IMG/VR virus record: IMGVR_UViG_3300006226_001703
Span: 1-64,000 of that record
Length of the DNA: 64,000 bases
From: a virus
Lineage: Duplodnaviria > Caudoviricetes
Direction: 5' to 3' (one strand)
Shown here: in pieces, positions 1 through 9,298 of the stretch
Numbering within the stretch: the first letter of the stretch is position 1
How the letters are laid out: every line of letters begins with the position of its first letter
Notes under the pieces: generated by a model
The model's database searches: none
What the model was told of the DNA's origin: nothing
Seen by the model: the letters and a program-made list of their open reading frames with translations, nothing else
Translations under genes and position numbers: made by a program

Positions 1-306
1 TTAGTCAAACAATTCGCTAAGCCTGTACTCTTCATAATCAATTTCTCTTAGTTCTTTGTCATATGACGGTAAGTTTTTAATTGCATTTGAAGCATTATAT
101 TTACTATATTTGTACTTAATTATTGGTAATTCACGAATATCTACATAATGTAATTCAACTTTAATATCAGCTTCATATTCATTATGATTTTTATTGATTA
201 TTTCATTTGACACTTTTGGATGGTCATACATATCACTAGTAATGAAAGTTGTGCCAATCATTCTTTTAACTACATAATCATAAACTTCTTGGTCATTTAA
301 TTTCAT
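1..306 (-). CDS. hypothetical protein, C-terminus ...SELFD
   Basis: 101-aa ORF in a tightly packed - strand run; stop at 1-3. Confidence 0.7.
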   Translation of the reverse strand: MKLNDQEVYDYVVKRMIGTTFITSDMYDHPKVSNEIINKNHNEYEADIKVELHYVDIRELPIIKYKYSKYNASNAIKNLPSYDKELREIDYEEYRLSELFD

Positions 307-488
307 TCGAATAACTCATAATTATCAAACCATTTGTTCGTCTTAAAGATGAGCTCATTTCCAATATAATAATAAAGAAAAGCATCATCAACTTCAATTC
401 GTTCATTAGATTTTAGATAATATTGCTTTTTGTTTTGAGGTTTCATTATATTCTCATAAGTTGCCCTAACGGACATTTTAGTCATCAT
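303..488 (-). CDS. hypothetical protein, C-terminus ...YELFE
   Basis: 61-aa ORF with 4-bp overlap to neighbour. Confidence 0.6.
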   Translation of the reverse strand: MMTKMSVRATYENIMKPQNKKQYYLKSNERIEVDDAFLYYYIGNELIFKTNKWFDNYELFE

Positions 489-708
489 ATAATTCAGAAC
501 TCTCTTCTTCTAATTCAGCTTCAAGAATATCCAACATTCTGTGATACTTACCAACGGCATCTCTATATGAAACATCTTTTGGCCTAATGCCATATCCTTC
601 ATGAGGCCCATAATTGAGATAGCTAATTGGGCTATTATAGATGTTTTCAACCTTTCTAATTTCTGATAAGATTTCTAACTGTTTTTCAGTTCTTTCAATA
701 ATAGCCAT
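478..708 (-). CDS. hypothetical protein
   Basis: 76-aa ORF, start/stop overlaps with neighbours. Confidence 0.65.
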   Translation of the reverse strand: MAIIERTEKQLEILSEIRKVENIYNSPISYLNYGPHEGYGIRPKDVSYRDAVGKYHRMLDILEAELEEESSELYDD

Positions 709-1571
709 TAGTCGCCAACCTTTGAATAATCTTCATTTAACAATTCACTTGGACTAAAAGTTTCAGGTCTCATTTCTTGTGTGATATCCTCTTTGTTCAA
801 TACAATAACTGGAATGCCATATTGAAAAGTTCCAGGGAGTGGGCACATATTATTGTCGTTCTTGACTACTTCTTTCAAGTTTGAGACTATCTTCTTAACC
901 CCATCTATCACAATAGCTGGGTTCATCTTGTAAACTTCTTTACGAATTAGACAATGAATACCACCAACAGTTTTAACGAAGATGACATTTCCTAATCCAA
1001 ATAATGAATGAAAATACTCTCTTAAGCATCTATAGATATGAATATCAAATGCACCATCAATATCAATGTCAAAATCAATCCATGCCTTTTCGCCAAAGTT
1101 ACGAGCAAATAATGACTGACAAGTATCAAATGATTTTCTCACTTTATAGTAAGCTTGTTCAATTCCGCCTTGTGAGTTTTTGAGAGCACTATCTGTTAGC
1201 GTAGTCATTATTTCAGTTAAGTGATTCATTTGGTCTTTCATTGCAGCATAACAATCAATTGGGCAAATATTCCAATAACAAACAAGCGCACTATTTATGA
1301 AACTTTCAGCTTCGTGGGGAAAATAACTATCAACCCTAACTTCCATTCTACGGATATGTTTAACGAATGATTCCCAGCCTTGATGCCTAATTTGTGTTTT
1401 GTTCCACATTTCATTATGAGGAAGAATCTTTCTCTGTTCTGGGTCTAATCTTTTCTTTCGAAGGGACATTGAGACAAAATAGATTTCATTTGGTTTAAGT
1501 GATGGGACGACATATTTGTACCACCATTTAAGTTCTGCTTCATCAGCAATAACTTTTATGTACTCAGGCAT
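708..1571 (-). CDS. hypothetical protein, possible AEP/primase-polymerase-like fold
   Basis: WIDFDID followed by KTVGGIH resembles AEP motifs I and II; unverified. Confidence 0.35.
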   Translation of the reverse strand: MPEYIKVIADEAELKWWYKYVVPSLKPNEIYFVSMSLRKKRLDPEQRKILPHNEMWNKTQIRHQGWESFVKHIRRMEVRVDSYFPHEAESFINSALVCYWNICPIDCYAAMKDQMNHLTEIMTTLTDSALKNSQGGIEQAYYKVRKSFDTCQSLFARNFGEKAWIDFDIDIDGAFDIHIYRCLREYFHSLFGLGNVIFVKTVGGIHCLIRKEVYKMNPAIVIDGVKKIVSNLKEVVKNDNNMCPLPGTFQYGIPVIVLNKEDITQEMRPETFSPSELLNEDYSKVGD

Positions 1572-1572
1572 A

Positions 1573-2106
1573 TTAGTACTCCTCTTCGAATTTTATAGAG
1601 CCAATCTGTTCAGCATTGATGCTCTGTTCCTCCACTTCGACTTCGGGTTTTGGCCTATTCTTAAGATTAGGCATTTTTCTTCTTATCTGTTTTTCTGCTA
1701 TTTTCAATGCACTATAATATGCTCTACCAATAGCATCAATTTCTTCTGGTTTTAATGTGTTCATTCTCACAATACTGATGGCTTCATTTAGAAAGTAATT
1801 CATCAGTGCCGGGGATATCATATAGTCTTCATACAAGTTCTGTGCAATTTCTGGGCTATATTTTTCTTGTCTCACTTGCTGAATACAATCTTGAAGAATT
1901 AGAAAATACATTTCATTTGGAATGCTGCTTAATTGAAAAATTGGGTCTTTCCAAATTTTCTCATTTCCTCCAAGCAGTTTATATAACATATTATCATAAG
2001 ATTCAAATTCCTCATGTGGAAGTTGCAACTTTTTAAGTTCATCTTTTGCTTCAGGGTAAGTTATGCTCTTGTCAATAGCCGCAGCTAATATGTCCTTAAG
2101 CTTCAT
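1573..2106 (-). CDS. hypothetical protein
   Basis: 177-aa ORF, operon packing. Confidence 0.7.
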   Translation of the reverse strand: MKLKDILAAAIDKSITYPEAKDELKKLQLPHEEFESYDNMLYKLLGGNEKIWKDPIFQLSSIPNEMYFLILQDCIQQVRQEKYSPEIAQNLYEDYMISPALMNYFLNEAISIVRMNTLKPEEIDAIGRAYYSALKIAEKQIRRKMPNLKNRPKPEVEVEEQSINAEQIGSIKFEEEY

Positions 2107-2425
2107 ATAAATTAGTAGTCCTTCCTATGATTTCGTCATCATCAAATAAATCCCAAGGATCAACTATTACTTCTTTTGCGAATTTGTCAGGGTCCATACC
2201 AATTATTTCAGACCAATGTTGAATGAACTTTTCTCTGTCATCTTGATAAGCCATTCTAAATGGCACCTTTTCAATTTTGTTATGTACTGGGTTACCAACA
2301 CATTCAGTTCTGTTCATTAAAAGATGACCATACTTATCACACCATTTTAATCCGGCACCATTCACTGGATCCATCTTAATGAGCTGATTATTATAATGAG
2401 CACATCTTTTATCACATTTTTCCAT
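2096..2425 (-). CDS. hypothetical protein (Cys/His N-terminus)
   Basis: 109-aa ORF, operon packing. Confidence 0.65.
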   Translation of the reverse strand: MEKCDKRCAHYNNQLIKMDPVNGAGLKWCDKYGHLLMNRTECVGNPVHNKIEKVPFRMAYQDDREKFIQHWSEIIGMDPDKFAKEVIVDPWDLFDDDEIIGRTTNLYEA

Positions 2426-2892
2426 TAGTCAAATAACTCCCAATCATCTCCAAGTTCATCCATCAGTCTTTGGAAAAACTCTGTCGTATCACCAAACCGT
2501 TTGAAACTTTTGATGCTATATCCCTTTTCTAATTTTGATAACATCTGTTCAAAAAAGTTCCCCTCAGCATATCTAGCAATATCATATTTCTTACTTTGAG
2601 GTTTAGCCCCAATTCTTCCCCATTGAGCTGTAAAAGTTTTCCCGTTACGAATTGTGTCAGCCTCAGTTTGAGAAAGGATGTAGAATTTGTTGTGATTTTT
2701 TGCTTTGTCAACACATTCTAAAACTACCTTTTCAACCTTTTCGTGTACAAATGAGACATTTCTTAACTGAGCAAACTCTTCTGGAATTGCTCTTTCAACT
2801 TTTACCATATCAATACTCCTAAGTTTGGCTTTTATAGTTACTGTTCTAAATATGGGGATCAGTGTTCCACAAACTATCCGTACGTCGTCCAT
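2425..2892 (-). CDS. WGR-domain protein
   Basis: NKFYILSQ...FTAQWGRIG...KLEKGY matches the WGR domain pattern; ends ...WELFD. Confidence 0.75.
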   Translation of the reverse strand: MDDVRIVCGTLIPIFRTVTIKAKLRSIDMVKVERAIPEEFAQLRNVSFVHEKVEKVVLECVDKAKNHNKFYILSQTEADTIRNGKTFTAQWGRIGAKPQSKKYDIARYAEGNFFEQMLSKLEKGYSIKSFKRFGDTTEFFQRLMDELGDDWELFD

Positions 2893-3382
2893 TGATTAGT
2901 AGATTAACTTCCAATGAGAAAGGTTCATTCAACATATCAATAGCCTTCTGTTTAGTTGGTTCAGTTAGTCCCACTTGGTTCGGTGTCCAAACGTGCCAAG
3001 GTTTCAACATCTCCATATCGTCATCATCATCTAAAATACAAAGTCCAGTTACAGTATGCCTTTTCAAGATGTACTGCTCTTTGAATATCCAATGGAATAT
3101 CTCATAACCACGAGCAATTCTTAAAATTGGAGTCGCCCCAATACAGACTGGCTCAATTCCAACGGCTTCAAAAAACATATCAATTCCAACCCAGTTACAA
3201 TTAAAGTCTTGTCTCCAAGTTGAAGACAAGACTATTTTGCAATCAGTTGCTGCTATGATTTCGTTTAATAGCTTAACTTTTTCTGGCATCAAATCGTAAG
3301 TCCGATTAGTCATACCTGGTCGTCTGTTGTCAGAACAGTTCAACACACCATCGATGTCGAGCGCTAAGATTTTTGTTGACAT
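2846..3382 (-). CDS. HAD-family phosphatase (Swiss-army-knife RNA repair-like HAD_SAK)
   Basis: LDIDGVLN, IVLSSTWR, ILDDDDDM motifs; adjacent to RNA ligase. Confidence 0.8.
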   Translation of the reverse strand: MSTKILALDIDGVLNCSDNRRPGMTNRTYDLMPEKVKLLNEIIAATDCKIVLSSTWRQDFNCNWVGIDMFFEAVGIEPVCIGATPILRIARGYEIFHWIFKEQYILKRHTVTGLCILDDDDDMEMLKPWHVWTPNQVGLTEPTKQKAIDMLNEPFSLEVNLLINGRRTDSLWNTDPHI

Positions 3383-4614
3383 AATTTCTCCATTTGTTCA
3401 TAATCAAGTTTAGCTAAAAACTTGTTTTTAATCGTTTCACTATCAGTTCCCTTATACACTTCGAAATAAAGTTTTGCTAATGGCTTATCTTTCACAGCCA
3501 AAGCGAAAGTCTTTTTATTAGCAGCCGCATCATTTGTGCTTTGTGCAAACAGCTTAATCGAATAAGCATCTGCCAAAGTTTCGTGCACTAACGTTTCAAC
3601 TGTCTTGTACTTTTCAACAACCTTATCAATTATTTCAGCATATTCTGGGAATATTCCCATCACATCGTCTATTGTTCCAGCCTGAATGCACTTCAAAAGA
3701 TGCTCAACAGAAAGCTGGCCATTATTGTCTTTCATACGATGAATTGACAGATACTGCTCGCTCTTAACTTTCACTCGATTAAAGTGCTCATCTTGAATTA
3801 TAATGCCCTCATGATTTGAATCGAGCGATGCAACTATTTCAACAACTTCGTCAAGTGATTTTGCTGTCAACTCATAAACTTTTGGAGTCTTGAATTGTGG
3901 AAAGTTTTCATGTTCAGCAAGAAACTCTTCAATGTTTATTTCGTTCTGTGAGTTGTTATCTCTTATTCCAATTAAAGTTAACTCAGTTTCTTTATAAGGA
4001 ACAACAATTCTATTGTAAGGCGAAGTCAACTCAAAAATGAAAGTTGCAGCTGTTCCAAACATTTGCATTATGCTTTTTTCTTCCTTAGTGAAATTATCCA
4101 TTGCTAAATCAATTAGGTCCTTAAACGTATCAATTCCATCAACGAAGTCATTTAAATCACATGGAAGATTAGCATCAGCATTAAAGCCATTATTCGTCAT
4201 CCACAAGTCTTCACCATTTTCAACAGTATACTTGATTATTGAGCCATCTAACTTTTCACGAGCAAAAATCTTTCCATTCCAGTCAATAGCTGCAGCATTA
4301 CCTTCGCCATAATTGAAAAACTTGTCAAAAGCTCTTGCCACTATTTTAGTCATAAAAATAGGACGAAAGATTTCATCACCAGAAAAATCCCATCTTTCTA
4401 ATCTCGTATCAAGCACATCAATCACAATACCCCGAGCTATTTTCACTATTTCATCACTCATTAAAGAATGAATCATATCGTATGTGAAAATATAGCGATG
4501 TTTAATTGTTGGGTGTTGTCTGATTTTAAGATTATATGGGTCTGACGAAAGACGATCATGCCAATCGTCAGGATATTTTTCGATAAAATCTTGTAATTTG
4601 TTAGTTATTCTCAT
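3364..4614 (-). CDS. RNA ligase, T4 Rnl1-like
   Basis: REKLDGS (motif I), FELTSPYNRIVV, EGII, RVKVKS nucleotidyltransferase motifs. Confidence 0.85.
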   Translation of the reverse strand: MRITNKLQDFIEKYPDDWHDRLSSDPYNLKIRQHPTIKHRYIFTYDMIHSLMSDEIVKIARGIVIDVLDTRLERWDFSGDEIFRPIFMTKIVARAFDKFFNYGEGNAAAIDWNGKIFAREKLDGSIIKYTVENGEDLWMTNNGFNADANLPCDLNDFVDGIDTFKDLIDLAMDNFTKEEKSIMQMFGTAATFIFELTSPYNRIVVPYKETELTLIGIRDNNSQNEINIEEFLAEHENFPQFKTPKVYELTAKSLDEVVEIVASLDSNHEGIIIQDEHFNRVKVKSEQYLSIHRMKDNNGQLSVEHLLKCIQAGTIDDVMGIFPEYAEIIDKVVEKYKTVETLVHETLADAYSIKLFAQSTNDAAANKKTFALAVKDKPLAKLYFEVYKGTDSETIKNKFLAKLDYEQMEKLCQQKS

Positions 4615-4631
4615 ATTTGTTATATAAGAAC

Positions 4632-5102
4632 TTATATGTAATTGTTCAACTGTTCTAATAGTTGTTTTCGATATTCTGGTGTTATGCCCTTTGGTAAATT
4701 GTTTTCAGTAAATCTATCAATCACATTATAGATAATCTCAGCAAACAGTTTCTCACCATTTCCTTCTTTATATTCTGTTTTTAGATAGCCATCAATGAGG
4801 CCGGAAGTTTTGTGGTTGATATTTTCTCTGTTGAATGAAAGAGTCCAAAAAGCATGGTTGGCTGGCCCATCTAACCAAAAAGTTCCATTATAAACAAGCA
4901 CCATTTTATCGAACTGTTTGTAATATTCAATAAAGTCATCTAAACAATAGCCAATTGAATCTCTGTTCGTTATGATCTTGAAGTCCAATATGTTTTGTGC
5001 TATTTGATAAGCTGTTGCTAAGGGCTCATCTGTGTGTGGCATTTTAATGATGTTTTGTGCGTCATGAATAAATATGCACCATTTCATCTTACTCTCCTCC
5101 AA
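4632..5102 (-). CDS. hypothetical protein
   Basis: 156-aa ORF with GGAG RBS. Confidence 0.7.
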   Translation of the reverse strand: MEESKMKWCIFIHDAQNIIKMPHTDEPLATAYQIAQNILDFKIITNRDSIGYCLDDFIEYYKQFDKMVLVYNGTFWLDGPANHAFWTLSFNRENINHKTSGLIDGYLKTEYKEGNGEKLFAEIIYNVIDRFTENNLPKGITPEYRKQLLEQLNNYI

Positions 5103-5277
5103 TCTTAATTATGAACTTTCCATTTTCTTCTTTTAATTGTAGATCTAAATCTCTAATTGTCCAATTCTTTTGTCTTACCATTACCTTTGCGAGTTCATCC
5201 GCTAGCATTCTTTTATCTTGTAATGCTAAAATTCCAGCTAAAGTCTCAATAGCGTCCTGACTCTCATAAGTTTTCAT
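5089..5277 (-). CDS. hypothetical protein
   Basis: 62-aa ORF, AAGGAG upstream. Confidence 0.6.
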   Translation of the reverse strand: MKTYESQDAIETLAGILALQDKRMLADELAKVMVRQKNWTIRDLDLQLKEENGKFIIKIGGE

Positions 5278-5307
5278 TGAATTGTTTTATTCTCCTTTGA
5301 ATATAAA

Positions 5308-5556
5308 TTAACTATCCCTCATTGGGTTCACTAAGATTAGTAGTACAGCAAACTCTGCATGATGATCAGATTTAGCCCATGATGTTGTGTTGTTATTACC
5401 AGCATAACCATTTGCAAATCCGTATGCAACTCCTCTCATTTGATGTACTTCTTTTATTTCCCAACCGCTTGTAAAAAGGGCGTTTAATTCATTTTCATTA
5501 GTTTTCCAGTTTCCGCCATCCCAAAAAGAATGTAAGATATATGCCTTAGTTTTCAT
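5308..5556 (-). CDS. hypothetical protein
   Basis: 82-aa ORF, operon packing. Confidence 0.6.
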   Translation of the reverse strand: MKTKAYILHSFWDGGNWKTNENELNALFTSGWEIKEVHQMRGVAYGFANGYAGNNNTTSWAKSDHHAEFAVLLILVNPMRDS

Positions 5557-5989
5557 TTTTCATATCCCATGGAATCATATTAACTACCTCATAATACAAT
5601 TCCTCATCGAAGGCGCCATCTTCCACTAATCCATTTAGAATATGAAGCATTGCTTCATCACCTAATTCTTTGTGAAGAAGAACCCATCTCGCTTTTTCCA
5701 TTGCTGCTAAATTGAGACACATCTCAGAAAAGTCATCTGAATTCTCTTTGATATTTTCTTGAGCATTATCAACTTGAGCGAGAATTGTGAAACAGTTTTT
5801 GATAGTTTTTTCCAAAGTCTTCTGTCTCTTTTTTGCTTGTTTCATTAAGAATTTGTTTATAGCATTCACAGCTAATTCCATTTGTTCGGGTGTTCTATTT
5901 TCAATTTGTTCCTCAGTCCAACCAGAATTACGAAGTAACTCTAAAATGTAAGCTTCTGATTTTTCGTCATTCCAAGTTACTATATTCAT
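5546..5989 (-). CDS. hypothetical protein
   Basis: 147-aa ORF. Confidence 0.7.
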   Translation of the reverse strand: MNIVTWNDEKSEAYILELLRNSGWTEEQIENRTPEQMELAVNAINKFLMKQAKKRQKTLEKTIKNCFTILAQVDNAQENIKENSDDFSEMCLNLAAMEKARWVLLHKELGDEAMLHILNGLVEDGAFDEELYYEVVNMIPWDMKNEN

Positions 5990-5998
5990 TTAATATCC

Positions 5999-6190
5999 TT
6001 AATCAAATAATTCATGACAATTACATTGTTTTCTATTAAGTGAATCTATTTGTTTTTTCATTTCAGTTAACACATCTAAAACATCATGTTCAAATTCATT
6101 TCGTCCGGGTGGACGAATTGAAAGCATATATTTCATGTGGTCAAGACATCTTTCTATATTATCTTTCATATTATCCTTCAAGTGAGGCAA
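5999..6190 (-). CDS. hypothetical protein, C-terminus ...CNCHELFD
   Basis: 63-aa ORF. Confidence 0.6.
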   Translation of the reverse strand: MPHLKDNMKDNIERCLDHMKYMLSIRPPGRNEFEHDVLDVLTEMKKQIDSLNRKQCNCHELFD

Positions 6191-6956
6191 CTAACTCAGA
6201 ATAGTTCATATCCGCCCCATGCTTTTTAGAAGTTGACTGAATGATGAGATCAAGTTGCCCATTTATTCTGTCAAGATTTTCTTTGAGAATTCTACCATTG
6301 ATTTGAAGTGTACTCATAATTTCTCTGTTCTTTTTTCCTTGAACTTTCATATTTAAGAGCTGCTTTTCTTTTTGTGATAATTTGTTTTTCAAGATGTCAA
6401 AAGATTCCCAAAGAATAGTTTGACTTTTTGATATGTGAAGATTATGATCTACTAAATCTCCATGTCTAGCGATTTCTTTGTCAAGATTAGAGAAAGTTTC
6501 ATTATTCTCATTTGAGATAAAAATTGGAGTTGTGTTATTTTTCCAATCAAACCATCTCTTGAGAATGTTTCTGTTCATTGATCTCCAATATCCCCAAAGA
6601 CGAATATAAATAGACCAGTTTGGAAGATGTTCTACATCCTCTAAACGAACTCCTGGCATCTGTTTTATAAATTCCTGCCATGCTTCTGAGTCATATTCTT
6701 CAATATCCTCTTGCATGTAGATATTATTTCGTTGACAAAGTGCGATAAGTTGATGTTTCATTTTCATACGAAGTTTGAAATACTTATCCCATAATTCGTA
6801 TGCTGCAAGATTTGCTTTATTCTGATGAGCAAGTTTAGTCTCTTTTTTGAGAGCCTTTGATGCTTTTAAAGTGTACTCTTGCCATTGAGAAACAAGTTCT
6901 CTATCAGTCCTAAATTCTTTGCCAGTTGATTCTCTTACCTTCTTAGGTCTTCCCAT
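6171..6956 (-). CDS. putative phage RNA polymerase sigma factor-like protein
   Basis: C-terminal LSQKEKQLLNMKVQGKKNREIMSTLQIN resembles the sigma-70 region 4 HTH; size typical of ECF/SigH-type factors. Confidence 0.55.
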   Translation of the reverse strand: MGRPKKVRESTGKEFRTDRELVSQWQEYTLKASKALKKETKLAHQNKANLAAYELWDKYFKLRMKMKHQLIALCQRNNIYMQEDIEEYDSEAWQEFIKQMPGVRLEDVEHLPNWSIYIRLWGYWRSMNRNILKRWFDWKNNTTPIFISNENNETFSNLDKEIARHGDLVDHNLHISKSQTILWESFDILKNKLSQKEKQLLNMKVQGKKNREIMSTLQINGRILKENLDRINGQLDLIIQSTSKKHGADMNYSELVASLEG

Positions 6957-7272
6957 TTAGAATAGCCTCCTCAGCTTTCTTCATTTTTGTAAATCTTTCG
7001 ATCCAACTTTTCTTTTCTTTTTGGTTTAATTCTTCACTATTAGTAATATCATCAACCCAAAAAGAATACCAATCTGGATTATTATTATGTTGTTCTATTA
7101 AATCATCAGTAAAATCATAATTTTCAACATAATTTTCTGCTGCTTCTAAAGAACAAAATTTCTTTACTGGACTACTATGACTCTTTTTTAATTGACCTTT
7201 TTCTGGATTCTTTTTTGATGGATTCCATGTCCAATAAAAACCAAATTTATCCTCAATATAACATCCTGCCAT
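6943..7272 (-). CDS. hypothetical protein
   Basis: 109-aa ORF, AAGGAG RBS. Confidence 0.7.
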   Translation of the reverse strand: MAGCYIEDKFGFYWTWNPSKKNPEKGQLKKSHSSPVKKFCSLEAAENYVENYDFTDDLIEQHNNNPDWYSFWVDDITNSEELNQKEKKSWIERFTKMKKAEEAILNGKT

Positions 7273-7304
7273 TTTTATCTCCTTAATATATAATATAAGA
7301 AAAT

Positions 7305-7658
7305 TTAATCTGGGAGTTCATACTCATCTTCTATTTCTTTCTGTTTTGCCTCAATGGCTTTCTCGAAGTTTTCTTTTTTCTGTTCTTGTGCTGTTTTCTT
7401 TGGTGGGTTTTTCGCCAATTTTGCTTTGGCAGCTTTTGCTTGTGCTTTCTCTTCTAAGATTTTTCTCTTTTGAGCGCCTTCAACCTTAGCTATTAGATTA
7501 GCTACATACTTGTCATTCATTGTGTCAATGTGAAGAATAGTATGAGCAATATCAAACACGCTATGATTTTTAGCGATATAGTCGATAAACGACTCCTGAT
7601 TTTCTTCCAGCCACTTAACGTTTGCTGGGTCCGTAATGTAGGGATTGCAGATTTTCAT
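7305..7658 (-). CDS. hypothetical protein
   Basis: 117-aa ORF, GGAG RBS. Confidence 0.7.
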   Translation of the reverse strand: MKICNPYITDPANVKWLEENQESFIDYIAKNHSVFDIAHTILHIDTMNDKYVANLIAKVEGAQKRKILEEKAQAKAAKAKLAKNPPKKTAQEQKKENFEKAIEAKQKEIEDEYELPD

Positions 7659-7659
7659 T

Positions 7660-8211
7660 TTAACTCCAATATTTTGCTTGTTCTTTTATTTTCTTAATAT
7701 AATATAAGAAAACGTTAACTTCCATTTTATTTAATATCGTAGTTATCTCACCCTTATAGTAGTTTCCAATTTTTTGGCCCATAAGAGGATGTATGTTTAA
7801 GTTGATTTCTTTGTGTTCATCATAAATTAAATAAATGCCTTTCATATTACTGATAACTTCGTTAATCATTCTCATTTGTAACTTACCAGTAGTTGCATGT
7901 CTAAAATAAGTTTGTTTTTCTCTTGGTTTGTAAGCTAATCCAGATTTCTCACTGTATCTATAATGTTCTAAAACATTGATTAGTTGATTAAGGATTTCTT
8001 CATTTAGAATTAAGCCGAAAAAGTCCCGCTTATCTCCCATTGAGAATTCAAATCTCTCTCTTCTTATTTTAATCCAAAATGAGATTTTCTGCCACAATGA
8101 GAAAGGTTGTTCTTTTTGTAGAAAATGAAGATTATCTTGATTGTCCATCCACAATTCAATAATATGAGAATCTCCACAACAGGCACATTCAATAGTATGT
8201 ATTTTTACCAT
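7660..8211 (-). CDS. hypothetical protein
   Basis: 183-aa ORF. Confidence 0.7.
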   Translation of the reverse strand: MVKIHTIECACCGDSHIIELWMDNQDNLHFLQKEQPFSLWQKISFWIKIRRERFEFSMGDKRDFFGLILNEEILNQLINVLEHYRYSEKSGLAYKPREKQTYFRHATTGKLQMRMINEVISNMKGIYLIYDEHKEINLNIHPLMGQKIGNYYKGEITTILNKMEVNVFLYYIKKIKEQAKYWS

Positions 8212-8229
8212 AATTATATATAAGATTTT

Positions 8230-8682
8230 CTAATCAAATAATTCTGAACTACTCAGAGCTTTCCTTAATCTTTTATTTTCAGCTTCAAGTACTTCTACTT
8301 TCTTTTCTAATTTGTTGCATATTCTGTGAAGTTTATCAACCTCTCCAAAAACTTCTTCCATAACTCTATCTACGTAATGTTCTTGCATTTCTGCAAATAT
8401 ATGTTGAATCACAGCGGCTTTATCCTCATCACCAAACACTTTCATTAAGTCGTCCATCTCTGGAACATATTTTAAGTCATTGAAATTCTTTTTCTTTTTG
8501 CTTTTTTTCGTATCGGCAGGGCCAAAATCTTCGCCATCATCATCTCCTGGACCTATCGCTGTAAGAAGCTGGTCTATCTCATCCTGAGAAAGCACTTCGG
8601 TGAAAACTATTTGATTCTTACTTTTTAGATGACCTAAATCATAGTCTGTGAGGCTATTCAAATCTATCGTTCTTTTATACAT
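8230..8682 (-). CDS. FliM N-terminal (CheY-binding) peptide-bearing protein with C-terminal coiled coil
   Basis: aa 28-43 TEVLSQDEIDQLLTAI match the FliM N-terminal LSQxEIDxLL motif; remainder is not FliM; ends ...SELFD. Confidence 0.8.
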   Translation of the reverse strand: MYKRTIDLNSLTDYDLGHLKSKNQIVFTEVLSQDEIDQLLTAIGPGDDDGEDFGPADTKKSKKKKNFNDLKYVPEMDDLMKVFGDEDKAAVIQHIFAEMQEHYVDRVMEEVFGEVDKLHRICNKLEKKVEVLEAENKRLRKALSSSELFD

Positions 8683-8707
8683 AATAGTTAGTAGCTATAT
8701 TAACCAA

Positions 8708-8733
8708 TAAAAAAGCCCCTCAAATGAGGGGCT
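8708..8733 (-). terminator. Rho-independent terminator after the 8741..9298 gene
   Basis: GCCCCTC/GAGGGGC stem (8715-8732) followed by a T-run on - strand. Confidence 0.75.
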
Positions 8734-8740
8734 GTAGTTT

Positions 8741-9298
8741 TTACTTATCAAATAAGGCTGGATTGCTACTATAATCCTGGTCACTTTGTGTGACTTGGGA
8801 TGTAGCTCCCTTACTTAATTTTGGATTGTGTCCATTTGGCACGCCGTCAGGTTTTGGGCCTGCTGATTTTCCACTGTCATAGTGTCCACCAGGTGGGATG
8901 CCATTTGCCTCTCTAAAAATCTTTTCAAAGAGTTTTGGGTTTGTGTCATAATCTTGTCCACTTTGTGTTACCTGTGATGTTGCACCTTTGCTAAGTGGAG
9001 GATTGTGCCCGGCTGGAACACCATCGTTCTTATTGTCAAGTCCACCTGTCCATTGATTTCCACCATATTTAACATCGGCTTCTCTTAGTCGCTTTTTTGG
9101 TGCTGGTCTTAAATTACCAGACTCGTCGTAAATACTTTCAAAAAGCTTTCTAAATTTTGGGTCGATTAAGTCGTCTACATTCTCGAATAAGTCTTCCCTA
9201 CCCTTGTAGATTTCATTAAAAGACCTACTGTCACCTGAGTCATAAAGTTGAATCGCTTCTTCTCTTAAATGTGTAGGTCTTGCCATCATACCCTCCAA
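8741..9298 (-). CDS. putative head/core protein with internal duplication
   Basis: two copies of GVPxGHNPxLSKGATSQVTQSxQDY; LRE sites. Confidence 0.55.
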   Translation of the reverse strand: MEGMMARPTHLREEAIQLYDSGDSRSFNEIYKGREDLFENVDDLIDPKFRKLFESIYDESGNLRPAPKKRLREADVKYGGNQWTGGLDNKNDGVPAGHNPPLSKGATSQVTQSGQDYDTNPKLFEKIFREANGIPPGGHYDSGKSAGPKPDGVPNGHNPKLSKGATSQVTQSDQDYSSNPALFDK

